This document shows positions 19,473-28,867 of a DNA stretch of 64,000 nt, one piece after another. Both the position numbers and the translations under genes were made by a program. Within the stretch, counting starts at the first letter, position 1. Each line of letters opens with the position of its first letter. A model generated the notes under the pieces. The model was not told where the DNA came from, made no database searches, and worked only from the letters and a program-made list of their open reading frames with translations. Source of the DNA: Clostridia bacterium (GTDB lineage Bacteria; Bacillota; Clostridia; Christensenellales; DTU072); NCBI GenBank assembly GCA_017504305.1, contig JAFVRJ010000027.1, forward strand, positions 4,172-68,171. Reading direction: 5' to 3'.

Positions 19473-20390
19473 ATGCATATTTCACGAGCTTTTTTTAAGA
19501 TTAGCGATTTAGTTAACCATCCTTTGCGTAATTATAAAAGGTATAAAGGCGTTGTAGTCGAGCACAATCTACGCTACTCTATGGCGCATAAAAAAGAGAA
19601 TAAGTTTGACGTATACTATTGCCCTCAAAAGAAAACCGGACCGTATCCAATAATGTTCAACATACACGGAGGCGGTTTTGTTAGGGGAGGTAAGCAATAT
19701 CGTAGCGGTATAGCTAAAAGATTTGCATCCCTTGGTTGGTTTGTAGTGAACATCGACTATAGACTTGCTCCCTACGGCGTATTCCCCGCGGCAACGGTAG
19801 ACAGTATTTTGGCACTTACTTACGTAAATGCTTTAAAAGATATTTATGATCTCGATCTAAACAAGATAGTGGTTACCGGAGATAGCGCCGGCGGTTATTA
19901 TGCAGCACACCTCATAGCTGCCTTGAATAGCGAAAGGTTAAGTAAATCTTTGGGCTTACCGGAGTATAACGGCGTAAAACCTGCAGCGCTACTTACTTTC
20001 TGCGCACCGTTTGACGTTATTAAGTGTTTTACCGCACCTACGCCTTTTGATATGAGCGTAGATATTACCAATTGCGTATTCGGCACTCACTATCGCGATA
20101 ATCATATCCCCCAAGATTTTCCGTTTGCAGATGAAGACGTAAACATTTTGAAAAACGTCAACGAAAATTGGTGCCCCTGCTTCTTGGTTGCAGCTCAAAA
20201 CGATATGTTTTGCGGTGGTCAAATAGAAGGTATGCTACAAGTTCTTGAGGAAAAGGGAATAAAGCATGGTAGTTTTATCGCGCGCGCAAGAGGGGACTCT
20301 CATTGCTCGCACCTTATCCCATTTATGAAGGGCACGCCTGCAATTATGGAAGCGGTTGATAAATTTTTGGACGAAATCAGATCGCGTTAG
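19473..20390 (+). CDS. Alpha/beta hydrolase (esterase/lipase, HSL-like)
   Basis: HGGGF oxyanion motif and GDSAGG nucleophile elbow. AGGAGG RBS. Confidence 0.8.
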   Translation: MHISRAFFKISDLVNHPLRNYKRYKGVVVEHNLRYSMAHKKENKFDVYYCPQKKTGPYPIMFNIHGGGFVRGGKQYRSGIAKRFASLGWFVVNIDYRLAPYGVFPAATVDSILALTYVNALKDIYDLDLNKIVVTGDSAGGYYAAHLIAALNSERLSKSLGLPEYNGVKPAALLTFCAPFDVIKCFTAPTPFDMSVDITNCVFGTHYRDNHIPQDFPFADEDVNILKNVNENWCPCFLVAAQNDMFCGGQIEGMLQVLEEKGIKHGSFIARARGDSHCSHLIPFMKGTPAIMEAVDKFLDEIRSR

Positions 20391-20456
20391 ATTGTTTAAT
20401 ACTACTTTAATTTAGTAGTTCTAATATCTATAAGATATTAAATATAGAGGTATGTA

Positions 20457-22265
20457 ATGGCTATTAACAGAGCACGTAAAAAGGATGACGAAGAACCTTT
20501 TAAAATAGATTTTAAAAAAATCTCTTTTAAGGAGTTCTTTTCTTGTGTTAAGGGCTATGGCGTTCCTACGGTACTTGCACCTATCTTTATTATAATGGAA
20601 GTAATCTTCGAGGTGCTTATACCGATGGTAATGCAAAAGCTCATTGACCAAGGTATAGGTAACGGCACTACGCCCCCCAATATGACAATTGTATGGACTC
20701 AAGGCGCAATAATGTTGGTGCTTGCTTTCGGTGCGCTTATTACGGGCGCTTTATCTGCAAGGTTTGCCGCGGTTGCTTCGCAGGGTTTTGGTAAAAACCT
20801 ACGCAAAAAGTTGTTTGATGCCGTACAAAGCTTTAGCTTCCGCAACGTAGATAAGTTTTCACACGGCTCGTTAATTACCCGCTTGACAACGGACGTTACT
20901 TTTATACAAAACACCTTTATGATGCTCATCCGCATTGCTTTCCGTTCGCCGATAATGTTTTTATTCAGCTTAACGATGGCGGTCAGCATCAATTGGAAAC
21001 TGAGCCTTGTATTCTTGGCAATTGCACCCATAATGGTTTTAGGTATTGCGATAGTAGGATCGATAGTGTTCCCGCTATTTGGCAAAATGTTCAAAAAGTT
21101 TGATAACATGAATAGCCGTTTGCAAGAGAATTTGCGCGCAATCCGAGTTGTAAAATCTTTTGTTAGAGAAAACCATGAGACGGAGTCTTTCCGCAAGACG
21201 GCGGCGGATATTCAACGCGCGCAAGTTAGAGCGGAACGCGTTATGGTATACGGTCAACCGATGGTTCAGCTTTGTATGTACGTATGTATGGTATGCGTAA
21301 TCTGGTTCGGTGGATCGATGGTGCTCAACGGCACTGGCATGACGCTTGGCGAACTTAATACCTTTATATCTTATAATAACCAAATCCTAATGTCTCTTTT
21401 GATGGTGGCAATAACCTTTGTTAACATCTTTATGAGCATGCAATCTGCAGCGCGTACCTCCGAAGTTTTATCGGAGTACCCCGATATCAACGACGATCAT
21501 GCCGATGCGGAGCTACAAGTTGAAGATAGTTCTATTACCTTTGAAAACGTTAACTTTGGCTACAATGGGGGAGAAGATAAGTACGTACTAAAGAACGTAA
21601 ATCTTCAAATCAACGCCGGCGAAACGATTGGTATTATAGGTGGCACGGGCTCGTCAAAAACCACTTTAGTACAGCTTATTCCGCGCCTATACGACGTATC
21701 GACCGGTAGCGTAAAGGTTGGCGGTCGAGATATACGCGATTATAAAATACGCACGCTACGCGATAGCGTTGCAATGGTACTACAAAAGAACGTATTGTTT
21801 AGCGGTACCATCAAAGAAAACTTGAAATGGGGTAACGATAACGCTACCGATGAAGAGATCGAAAGTGCTTGTAAGGTAGCGCAAGCTCACGATTTTGTAA
21901 TGAGCTTCCCAGATGGCTACGCTACCGATTTAGGTCAAGGAGGCGTAAACGTATCAGGTGGACAAAAACAACGTTTGTGTATCGCAAGAGCGCTTATTAA
22001 GAAGCCCAAAATCATGATTTTGGATGATTCGACCAGTGCGGTAGATACTGCAACGGATGCTCGCATACGCCGTGCTTTCCGCGAAGAACTTAAGGGCACT
22101 ACGGTAATTATTATCGCGCAACGCATATCCTCAATAAGCGACTGCGATAAGATAATAGTTATGGATAAAGGTGTGATAACCGATATAGGTACTCACGCCG
22201 AGCTTTATGAAAAGAGCAAAATCTATCGCGAAGTATGCATTTCGCAACAAAAGGGGGTGGAGTAA
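20457..22265 (+). CDS. ABC exporter, fused permease/ATPase (heterodimer partner 1)
   Basis: Six-TM domain followed by Walker A GGTGSSKTT, signature VSGGQKQR and Walker B ILDDSTSAVD. Confidence 0.9.
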   Translation: MAINRARKKDDEEPFKIDFKKISFKEFFSCVKGYGVPTVLAPIFIIMEVIFEVLIPMVMQKLIDQGIGNGTTPPNMTIVWTQGAIMLVLAFGALITGALSARFAAVASQGFGKNLRKKLFDAVQSFSFRNVDKFSHGSLITRLTTDVTFIQNTFMMLIRIAFRSPIMFLFSLTMAVSINWKLSLVFLAIAPIMVLGIAIVGSIVFPLFGKMFKKFDNMNSRLQENLRAIRVVKSFVRENHETESFRKTAADIQRAQVRAERVMVYGQPMVQLCMYVCMVCVIWFGGSMVLNGTGMTLGELNTFISYNNQILMSLLMVAITFVNIFMSMQSAARTSEVLSEYPDINDDHADAELQVEDSSITFENVNFGYNGGEDKYVLKNVNLQINAGETIGIIGGTGSSKTTLVQLIPRLYDVSTGSVKVGGRDIRDYKIRTLRDSVAMVLQKNVLFSGTIKENLKWGNDNATDEEIESACKVAQAHDFVMSFPDGYATDLGQGGVNVSGGQKQRLCIARALIKKPKIMILDDSTSAVDTATDARIRRAFREELKGTTVIIIAQRISSISDCDKIIVMDKGVITDIGTHAELYEKSKIYREVCISQQKGVE

Positions 22266-22266
22266 T

Positions 22267-24162
22267 ATGCCGGGACCGAGATCAGGAAAAATGGAAAAAC
22301 CGAAGAACCCCTTAAAGACCTTTAAGAAGATATTTAATTATATCGGAGCATACAAGTGGCAGTTGCTTATAGTAATATTTGCTACCATCGGATCGGTTGC
22401 AGCAAACCTCATAGGCACCTATATGCTCCAAAACGCACTTACAATCATCGAAACCTACGATGCTCTTACCGCTACCATAGAGGAAACGCTTGCAAGGCTT
22501 GCTTCTCAAGTAGGCATTATCATATGCGTATATTTGTCAGGCATATGTTGCACGGTATTGAGTAGTAGGTTGGTCCTAAACATCCAAACGGGCACTCTAC
22601 GTAAGTTCCGTGAGGACATGTTCGAGAAGATGGAGCGCCTACCTATTAGGTACTTTGATACTCGCACTAACGGTGAGATCATGGCAAGATACACCACTGA
22701 TACCGATGCCATCCGCGAAATGATTTCTAACGGTATCCCGTCGATTATCAACTCCTCGCTTACCATTATCGGCGCGTTTACCTTGATGCTTATTTTTAGC
22801 CCGCTTCTAACGCTTTTCGTTATCGGCATGTTAATTTTGATGCTTGTAGCAGTAACGATAGTAGGTGGCAAGGGTTCCAAGTACTTCATTAGACAACAAG
22901 CATCCATAGCAAACGTTAACGGATATATTGAAGAGTATATTAGCGGTCAAAAGGTAGTACAAGTTTTCTGTCGTGAAGATCAGGTCAAAGAGGGCTTTGC
23001 AAAACTCAACGACGAGCATTGCAAAACGGCAACCAGTGCTCAAACCTTTGCTCATATTCTCATGCCCATCATGGGTAACTTAAGCTATATCAACTACGTT
23101 GTAACCGCAGTAGTTGGTGCCGTATTGGTTGTCAACGGCAAGATGGACGGCGTAGCAACGCTAATTCCCTTCCTAACCTTATCCCGTCAGTTCTCGATGC
23201 CCTTGACTCAAATTTCACAACAATTCAACGGCATCCTCTCCGCTCTTGCGGGCGCCGAACGTATCTTTGCGCTTATGGAAGAGCCTCCGGAAGTAGATAA
23301 CGGTTACGTAACACTTGTTAACGCTATAATCGATGAGAACGGCAACGTCACCGAAAGCGCCGAGCGTACCGGCAAATGGGCGTGGAAGCACTATCATAAA
23401 GCCGACGATACCACCACATACGTGGAGCTTAAGGGCGCGGTAGAATTTGAAAACGTAGTCTTTGGCTACGAAGAGAATAAGACGGTTTTAAACGGCGTAT
23501 CACTTTATGCAAGACCGGGACAAAAAATTGCACTCGTTGGTTCGACCGGTGCCGGCAAAACCACCATCACCAACCTTATAAACCGCTTCTATGACGTACC
23601 GGATGGCAAAATCCGTTACGACGGAATAAACATCAATAAAATCAAAAAAGACGACCTTCGCAGATCTTTGGCGATGGTACTGCAAGATACCCATTTATTT
23701 ACCGGAACAGTACGCGAAAACATACGTTACGGTAACCTAAACGCAACTGACGAGCAAATTGAAAGGGCTGCAAAACTTGCAAACGCACACGACTTTATAA
23801 CCCTTATGCCCGATGGTTACGACACCATCATTAATGCAGACGGATCCAACCTTTCGCAAGGGCAACGGCAATTGCTATCAATTGCACGTGCAGCGGTCGC
23901 AGATCCTCCGGTACTTATACTTGACGAAGCTACAAGCTCCATCGACACCCGTACCGAAGCCCTCATCGAGCAGGGTATGGATAAGCTCATGGAAGGTCGT
24001 ACCGTATTTGTAATTGCTCACCGCCTTTCCATCGTTCGAAACGCGCACGCCATCCTCGTTATGGAAAACGGCCAAATTATCGAGCGTGGCAACCACGATC
24101 AACTCATCGCTCAACGCGGTAAGTATTATCAGCTCTATAACGGGATGTTCGAACTATCTTAG
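22267..24162 (+). CDS. ABC exporter, fused permease/ATPase (heterodimer partner 2)
   Basis: Walker A GSTGAGKTT, signature LSQGQRQL and Walker B ILDEATSSID. ATG 22267 follows a GGGGGTGGAG RBS directly after the partner's stop. Confidence 0.9.
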   Translation: MPGPRSGKMEKPKNPLKTFKKIFNYIGAYKWQLLIVIFATIGSVAANLIGTYMLQNALTIIETYDALTATIEETLARLASQVGIIICVYLSGICCTVLSSRLVLNIQTGTLRKFREDMFEKMERLPIRYFDTRTNGEIMARYTTDTDAIREMISNGIPSIINSSLTIIGAFTLMLIFSPLLTLFVIGMLILMLVAVTIVGGKGSKYFIRQQASIANVNGYIEEYISGQKVVQVFCREDQVKEGFAKLNDEHCKTATSAQTFAHILMPIMGNLSYINYVVTAVVGAVLVVNGKMDGVATLIPFLTLSRQFSMPLTQISQQFNGILSALAGAERIFALMEEPPEVDNGYVTLVNAIIDENGNVTESAERTGKWAWKHYHKADDTTTYVELKGAVEFENVVFGYEENKTVLNGVSLYARPGQKIALVGSTGAGKTTITNLINRFYDVPDGKIRYDGININKIKKDDLRRSLAMVLQDTHLFTGTVRENIRYGNLNATDEQIERAAKLANAHDFITLMPDGYDTIINADGSNLSQGQRQLLSIARAAVADPPVLILDEATSSIDTRTEALIEQGMDKLMEGRTVFVIAHRLSIVRNAHAILVMENGQIIERGNHDQLIAQRGKYYQLYNGMFELS

Positions 24163-24637
24163 ACCGCGTATAAGCTTCGCAATACTTCACAAATAAACAA
24201 AAACCCACTCGGTTATGTACGTTCAAGTACACTCCCGTCGTGGGTTTTTGTATTTGTTCGTCTTGCTCGCTTCTTCGCGGTCTAACCCCATACATAAGCT
24301 TCTCAATACAGCATAAAATAAAAACCCCACTTGGTCATGTACGCTCAAGTACGCTCCCGTCGTGGGGTTTTGTATTTGTTCGTCTTGCTTGCTTCTCCGC
24401 GGTCTACATCCTACTTAATACGCTTCGCAGTACCATATTAATAAACCAAACCCCACTTGGTCATGTACGTTCAAGTACGCTCCCGTCGTGGGTTTTTGTA
24501 TTTGTTCGTCTTGCTTGCTTCTCCGCAGTCTAACCCCATACATAAGCTTCTCAATACAGCATAAGCGTACGCATCAGTACGCTCCCATTTTGTGCTTTTT
24601 ATTTATATTTGTCTTGCTTGCACTTGACTGTCTACCT
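24160..24637 (+). repeat. Tandem hairpin-repeat array, locus 1 (3 full units plus a degenerate one, period about 118-128 bp)
   Basis: Hairpins at 24199-24249, 24321-24371 and 24448-24497 use AAAACCCCAC/GTGGGGTTTT-type stems with a loop core GTAC-N6-GTAC. Each is followed by a T-rich tail and the linker TTCGTCTTGCTYGCTTCTNCGCGGTCTA. The same family recurs at 59660-60336. Confidence 0.9.
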
Positions 24638-24707
24638 TTTATTGGGCTTTAGTAAAACCCAATAGGCTTAATTTTTACCCTTATAATCTATATTTTAAAG
24701 TTCACCG

Positions 24708-24727
24708 CTACGCGGTTGACCGCGTAG
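24708..24727. promoter_or_regulatory. Perfect 20-bp palindrome upstream of the lipoprotein promoter
   Basis: CTACGCGGT-TG-ACCGCGTAG. The half-site equals the CTACGCGGT(CTA) unit-end motif of the repeat family. Confidence 0.6.
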
Positions 24728-24748
24728 AAATATATTTCTCTTTTTATA

Positions 24749-24777
24749 TTGCGCGTGTGCAAAGTATATGCTAAAAT
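24749..24777 (+). promoter_or_regulatory. Promoter of the 871-aa lipoprotein gene
   Basis: TTGCGC-17 nt-TAAAAT, about 35 nt upstream of the start codon at 24811. Confidence 0.55.
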
Positions 24778-24810
24778 AATAGTTAAGGGATATTAAAGGA
24801 GTGGAATAGT

Positions 24811-27426
24811 ATGAAAAATAATAAAAAAACAGTTTTATTAGTTATAGCCCTTTCTTTGTGCCTTGCTTGTGTTTTGGCAAGTTGTGGCTTTTTAGGAGGT
24901 GATTCCGACAACGGTGACGGGAGCACTAATTCCTATCGTATTATTTTTGTGGGGACCAGTTTGGAGCCTCTTTACGTTTTAGACGGTCAGATCAATATGC
25001 CCAATAATCCAACCAGCGAAGGCTACGTTTTCGGCGGTTGGTACGTTGACCAAGCATTGACTATTCCCTTTGATCAAGCCTATCTTGATGCGCACCCCTT
25101 AACTTCCGATTTGCGTCTTTATCCCAAATGGGTGGAAAAGGCAACCGGCGCATATACCATTACCCTTAACGTCAATGGTGGTGATCCTCTCGATGAAGAT
25201 ACCATCGAAATCTATAAAGAAATTACCACTCCACAACAACTCCCCATTCCCACCAGAGCCGGATATTCCTTTATTGGATGGTTTGCTTCTCTTACCGGTA
25301 ACGATGCGGTAACCGGTGCCGATGGCTCTATGGTAGATTATCGCGGTAGCTCAACTACCTTCTACGCTAAATGGGTGGCTGCAAAGTACAGCTTAACGTT
25401 AATGTCGAACGACGTTTCGGCAGGTAAAGTATCTGGGGCCGGTGGTGAGTTTGTTTATGGTCAAAAGGTAATAGTCGTTGCTACTTCTTTAGACTCCGCC
25501 AACTATGTCTTTAAGGGTTGGTATGATGGGGAAGAACTCCTTTCCGACAGCCTTACCTACGAAGTTACCATGTATGACAACGTTTCCTTGACTGCAGTTT
25601 GGCAAGGTAAACAACGTTATATCAGATTCTATAACAACCATCTTGAGTCCGATAACACCTACTACGACTATTATTACGCTTATGGATCTGACGTAAGCTA
25701 CGTACCTGCTTTACGCGTTGGTCATAGTTTTGTCGGATGGTACGAAAATCGTGCGGGCGTTGGCTCCATTATCAACGCAAACGGTGTCTTTGACGACTGT
25801 AAATATGTAAACGGCTATGAGCTTTACGCTTGTTGGAGCGAGGGTACCGAGCCTTTAAACTATGAAATTATCGACGGCTATTCCGTTAAGGTTACCGGTA
25901 TCACCGCAAACGCCGGCAGTATAATCCATATTCCGCACGCTTATGACGGCAGAGCCGTCACCACAATAGGAGAGGGTGCTTTTGAAAACGTTAATAAGGC
26001 CGCGATAGTAATTCCTTCGAGTATTACCGCAATCGAGCAAGATGCCTTCAAAGACGTTAAAGCAAAGATTTATTTCGACGTAGGTGCTGATTTGAGTTTG
26101 TTGACGGCAGAGCGTTTTAGTTCTTCATTAGACATATACACCCACGTTACCTTGAAAGCAAATAATCCTCTTGTCGACGACGAGTACGTTGAAGCAGAGG
26201 GTATTTTAGCCGACACGCACGCCAACACGATACCCGAAGCACAAGCATTATTTGGTTATTTGTGGTTATATACCTACACCGAGGCTTTCGATATAGTATT
26301 CGAAGCGGGGGCATATACCGGTAACGACGAAGGGTTTAACGATAGCTTTATCGATTCGGTATTTTCTAACATTGCCAGAAAACTTTCGCTTAAGAGCGAA
26401 ACCCAAAACTATTCTTTACACTACTATCCGTCGGAAAGAAGAGCAAACATTACCTTTAACGCCAAAACGGGCAATTCGATGGCAAGCGCAACGACCGATG
26501 GCGGTAAGATGCAAACGCAATCCCAATCCGTTGTAACCATACCTACAGGCGCTACGCATAACTTTAAAATTGACGAGCTTTCCGATTACGTTGTATACAA
26601 TAGTGAGCAACTTGTTTACGCTGTTGAAAACGGCTATAATCCCGTATTCGGAGCGGATGGCACTACGGCAGAGTCTATTTATAATAAGGCGCGCAACGTA
26701 CTATCTCAAATAATCACCGAAGGCATGTCACCCTTTGAGAAGCTAACCGCAATACACGATTGGCTTGCACTCAACGTTATTTACGATAGCAAGTTACTTA
26801 CAATTGCGACCAATTACCCTGCGAGCGCGGTATCGCACTATCGCGGATTCTACCTCGAAGGCGTATTTGAAGACGGCAAAGCCGTTTGTGATGGTATAAG
26901 CAAGGCGTTTTTGCTCATGGCTCGCATCGAAGGTATCGAGACGATACGCGTTTCCGGCACTATGGGCGGAGTTGGTCACGCTTGGAACAAAGTAAACGTT
27001 GGTGGCACTTGGTATATGGTAGACGTAACCAACGACGATAGCATCATGACGATCTCATCTTTAGGTAAGTCTTTTGAAATACTTAACCACCGCTACTTCC
27101 TTGTAAGCGATGAATCCGTAAGTACAACGCATGATGAAGACGAAATTCATAATGCTCCCGTAGCGACGGGCACTTATAACTATTTCAGCACGGCAAAATA
27201 CGGCGCAACTCACGATTACTATATTGCTTCCCAAGCGGAGTTCAATGATTTATTGTACGTACTTAAAGCACTTGCTTCGCAAACTGGCATATTGTATACG
27301 GTGGACGTAACTTTCGCTCCGTCGGTAAACGTTGAGTCTTTGAGTTATAACGTAATAGCCGGATATAGAGTGTTCTTGAACGATGGCCTTGGTGGCGGAG
27401 TATATTTACTTGGAGTGTTTAAATAA
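24811..27426 (+). CDS. Multidomain lipoprotein: Listeria-Bacteroides (Flg_new) repeats, BspA-type LRR and a C-terminal transglutaminase-like cysteine protease core
   Basis: Lipobox LASCG. Repeats GYVFGGWY, GYSFIGWF, FKGWYDG and HSFVGWYEN. LRR-like IPHAYDGRAVTTIGEGAFEN and IPSSITAIEQDAFKD. Transglutaminase motifs GKAVCDGISKAF...GHAWNKV...YMVDVTNDD (Cys-His-Asp). Confidence 0.65.
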   Translation: MKNNKKTVLLVIALSLCLACVLASCGFLGGDSDNGDGSTNSYRIIFVGTSLEPLYVLDGQINMPNNPTSEGYVFGGWYVDQALTIPFDQAYLDAHPLTSDLRLYPKWVEKATGAYTITLNVNGGDPLDEDTIEIYKEITTPQQLPIPTRAGYSFIGWFASLTGNDAVTGADGSMVDYRGSSTTFYAKWVAAKYSLTLMSNDVSAGKVSGAGGEFVYGQKVIVVATSLDSANYVFKGWYDGEELLSDSLTYEVTMYDNVSLTAVWQGKQRYIRFYNNHLESDNTYYDYYYAYGSDVSYVPALRVGHSFVGWYENRAGVGSIINANGVFDDCKYVNGYELYACWSEGTEPLNYEIIDGYSVKVTGITANAGSIIHIPHAYDGRAVTTIGEGAFENVNKAAIVIPSSITAIEQDAFKDVKAKIYFDVGADLSLLTAERFSSSLDIYTHVTLKANNPLVDDEYVEAEGILADTHANTIPEAQALFGYLWLYTYTEAFDIVFEAGAYTGNDEGFNDSFIDSVFSNIARKLSLKSETQNYSLHYYPSERRANITFNAKTGNSMASATTDGGKMQTQSQSVVTIPTGATHNFKIDELSDYVVYNSEQLVYAVENGYNPVFGADGTTAESIYNKARNVLSQIITEGMSPFEKLTAIHDWLALNVIYDSKLLTIATNYPASAVSHYRGFYLEGVFEDGKAVCDGISKAFLLMARIEGIETIRVSGTMGGVGHAWNKVNVGGTWYMVDVTNDDSIMTISSLGKSFEILNHRYFLVSDESVSTTHDEDEIHNAPVATGTYNYFSTAKYGATHDYYIASQAEFNDLLYVLKALASQTGILYTVDVTFAPSVNVESLSYNVIAGYRVFLNDGLGGGVYLLGVFK

Positions 27427-27433
27427 AGGCACG

Positions 27434-28867
27434 ATGTTACAACCTAACCAAACTATTGAACTCAATATTCATGATTTGGGCATGGAAGGCGAAGGGATAG
27501 GCCGATACGAGGGATATACCTTTTTCGTGCCGTACGCATTGCCGGGCGAGCGGATAAAGGCGAAAATAACCCATCTCAAGCGCAATAAAAATATTGGTTT
27601 TGCCGATCTTAAAGAGATTATAGAGCCCTCGGAGTATCGAGTAAAAACACCTTGCAACCGATTTGGCAGATGTGGTGGATGTACTTTGATGCATCTTGAG
27701 TACGCAAAGCAACTTGAGTACAAAAAGAAGAACGTCGAAAACGTTCTTCGCAAAAACGCGCAGTACGTAGGTGATGTTAACGACGTAGTACCATCCTCAC
27801 CATTTGCCTACCGCAATAAAGCGCAATTACCGTTTGGTACGGTCAACGGTAAGGTAGCGGTTGGCTTCTATGGTGCTGGAACTCATAAGATTGTGTCGTC
27901 CACGAAGTGTTTTTTGCATGGAGAGTGGCTTGAAAAACTTATTAAAATCACACTGGAATTTGCAAACGAAAAGGGGTTGACCGCATATGACGAGCAGACT
28001 AAAAAAGGATTGCTTCGTCATCTGGTGGCGCGTTACGTGGGCGGACAAATGGTTGTAACTATCGTTATTAACGGCGCAAAGCTTGATGGCGCAAACGAGC
28101 TTGCGGATAGGTTGGAAAAGGAATTTAACGGGGTAGCGGTATATCTATCGCCAAACACGCGCGATACCAACGTCATTATGGGTAGCACGTTAATACCCGT
28201 TAAGCCCACGCCACAATCGATAACGGTTATGGGCATAACCATAGACGTAAATCCATTTTCCTTCTTCCAAGTTAACGATGAAATCCGCGAAAAACTTTAT
28301 AAAGCAGTAATCGATAAGGTAGCCCCCGACAAAGATACTGTGGTGGTGGATGCTTACGCCGGAGTAGGCCTTCTTGGCGCAATAATGGCAAAGAGGGGCG
28401 CAAAGGTGTTCAACGTTGAGATTGTTAAGGAAGCTATAGACGATGCAGAAAAGCTTTATAAAGCAAATGGTATTGCAAGTAGTGTGGTAAATATATGTGG
28501 TGATGCAAGCATAGAGCTTAAAAAGCTTATATCGGCACCTGAAAACGACGAAAGCGCACCCCAATATAGTAAATTCCAACAATGTATCGCATCAGGTAAA
28601 AAAGTAAAAATCATCCTTGACCCTCCGCGTAAGGGTATCTCTAAAGAGGTTGCCGATACTCTTAACGAGCTATCAAAATCATTGGCGTTTGACCTAATTT
28701 ATATTTCGTGCAACCCAGCAACGCTATCAAGGGATATTGCTAATCTGACTATGTTTACTCCCATAGAGGTAATGCCTTTTGATATGTTTCCTCATACAAG
28801 TCACGTCGAGTCCGTCGTGTGTTTCACACGTCGGCTCGACAATGAATTGCGCGAGCGCATGAATTGA
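27434..28867 (+). CDS. RumA/RlmD-type 23S rRNA (uracil-C5)-methyltransferase (TRAM domain, Fe-S cluster, SAM MTase)
   Basis: TRAM-like N-terminus, Cys cluster CNRFGRCGGCTLMH, VDAYAGVG SAM motif and DPPRKG. The last ~9 codons (DNELRERMN*) are encoded by the ATGAATTG repeat array. ATG 27434 is preferred over 27383. Confidence 0.85.
   Translation: MLQPNQTIELNIHDLGMEGEGIGRYEGYTFFVPYALPGERIKAKITHLKRNKNIGFADLKEIIEPSEYRVKTPCNRFGRCGGCTLMHLEYAKQLEYKKKNVENVLRKNAQYVGDVNDVVPSSPFAYRNKAQLPFGTVNGKVAVGFYGAGTHKIVSSTKCFLHGEWLEKLIKITLEFANEKGLTAYDEQTKKGLLRHLVARYVGGQMVVTIVINGAKLDGANELADRLEKEFNGVAVYLSPNTRDTNVIMGSTLIPVKPTPQSITVMGITIDVNPFSFFQVNDEIREKLYKAVIDKVAPDKDTVVVDAYAGVGLLGAIMAKRGAKVFNVEIVKEAIDDAEKLYKANGIASSVVNICGDASIELKKLISAPENDESAPQYSKFQQCIASGKKVKIILDPPRKGISKEVADTLNELSKSLAFDLIYISCNPATLSRDIANLTMFTPIEVMPFDMFPHTSHVESVVCFTRRLDNELRERMN

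Noticed and set aside
24160-24637. The tandem repeats here, and those at 59660-60336, read as CRISPR arrays.
   Set aside because: The period is ~120 bp, not 60-75 bp. The sequence between the most conserved ~29-nt blocks is itself conserved between units and between loci, so there are no unique spacers. No cas genes lie in the window.
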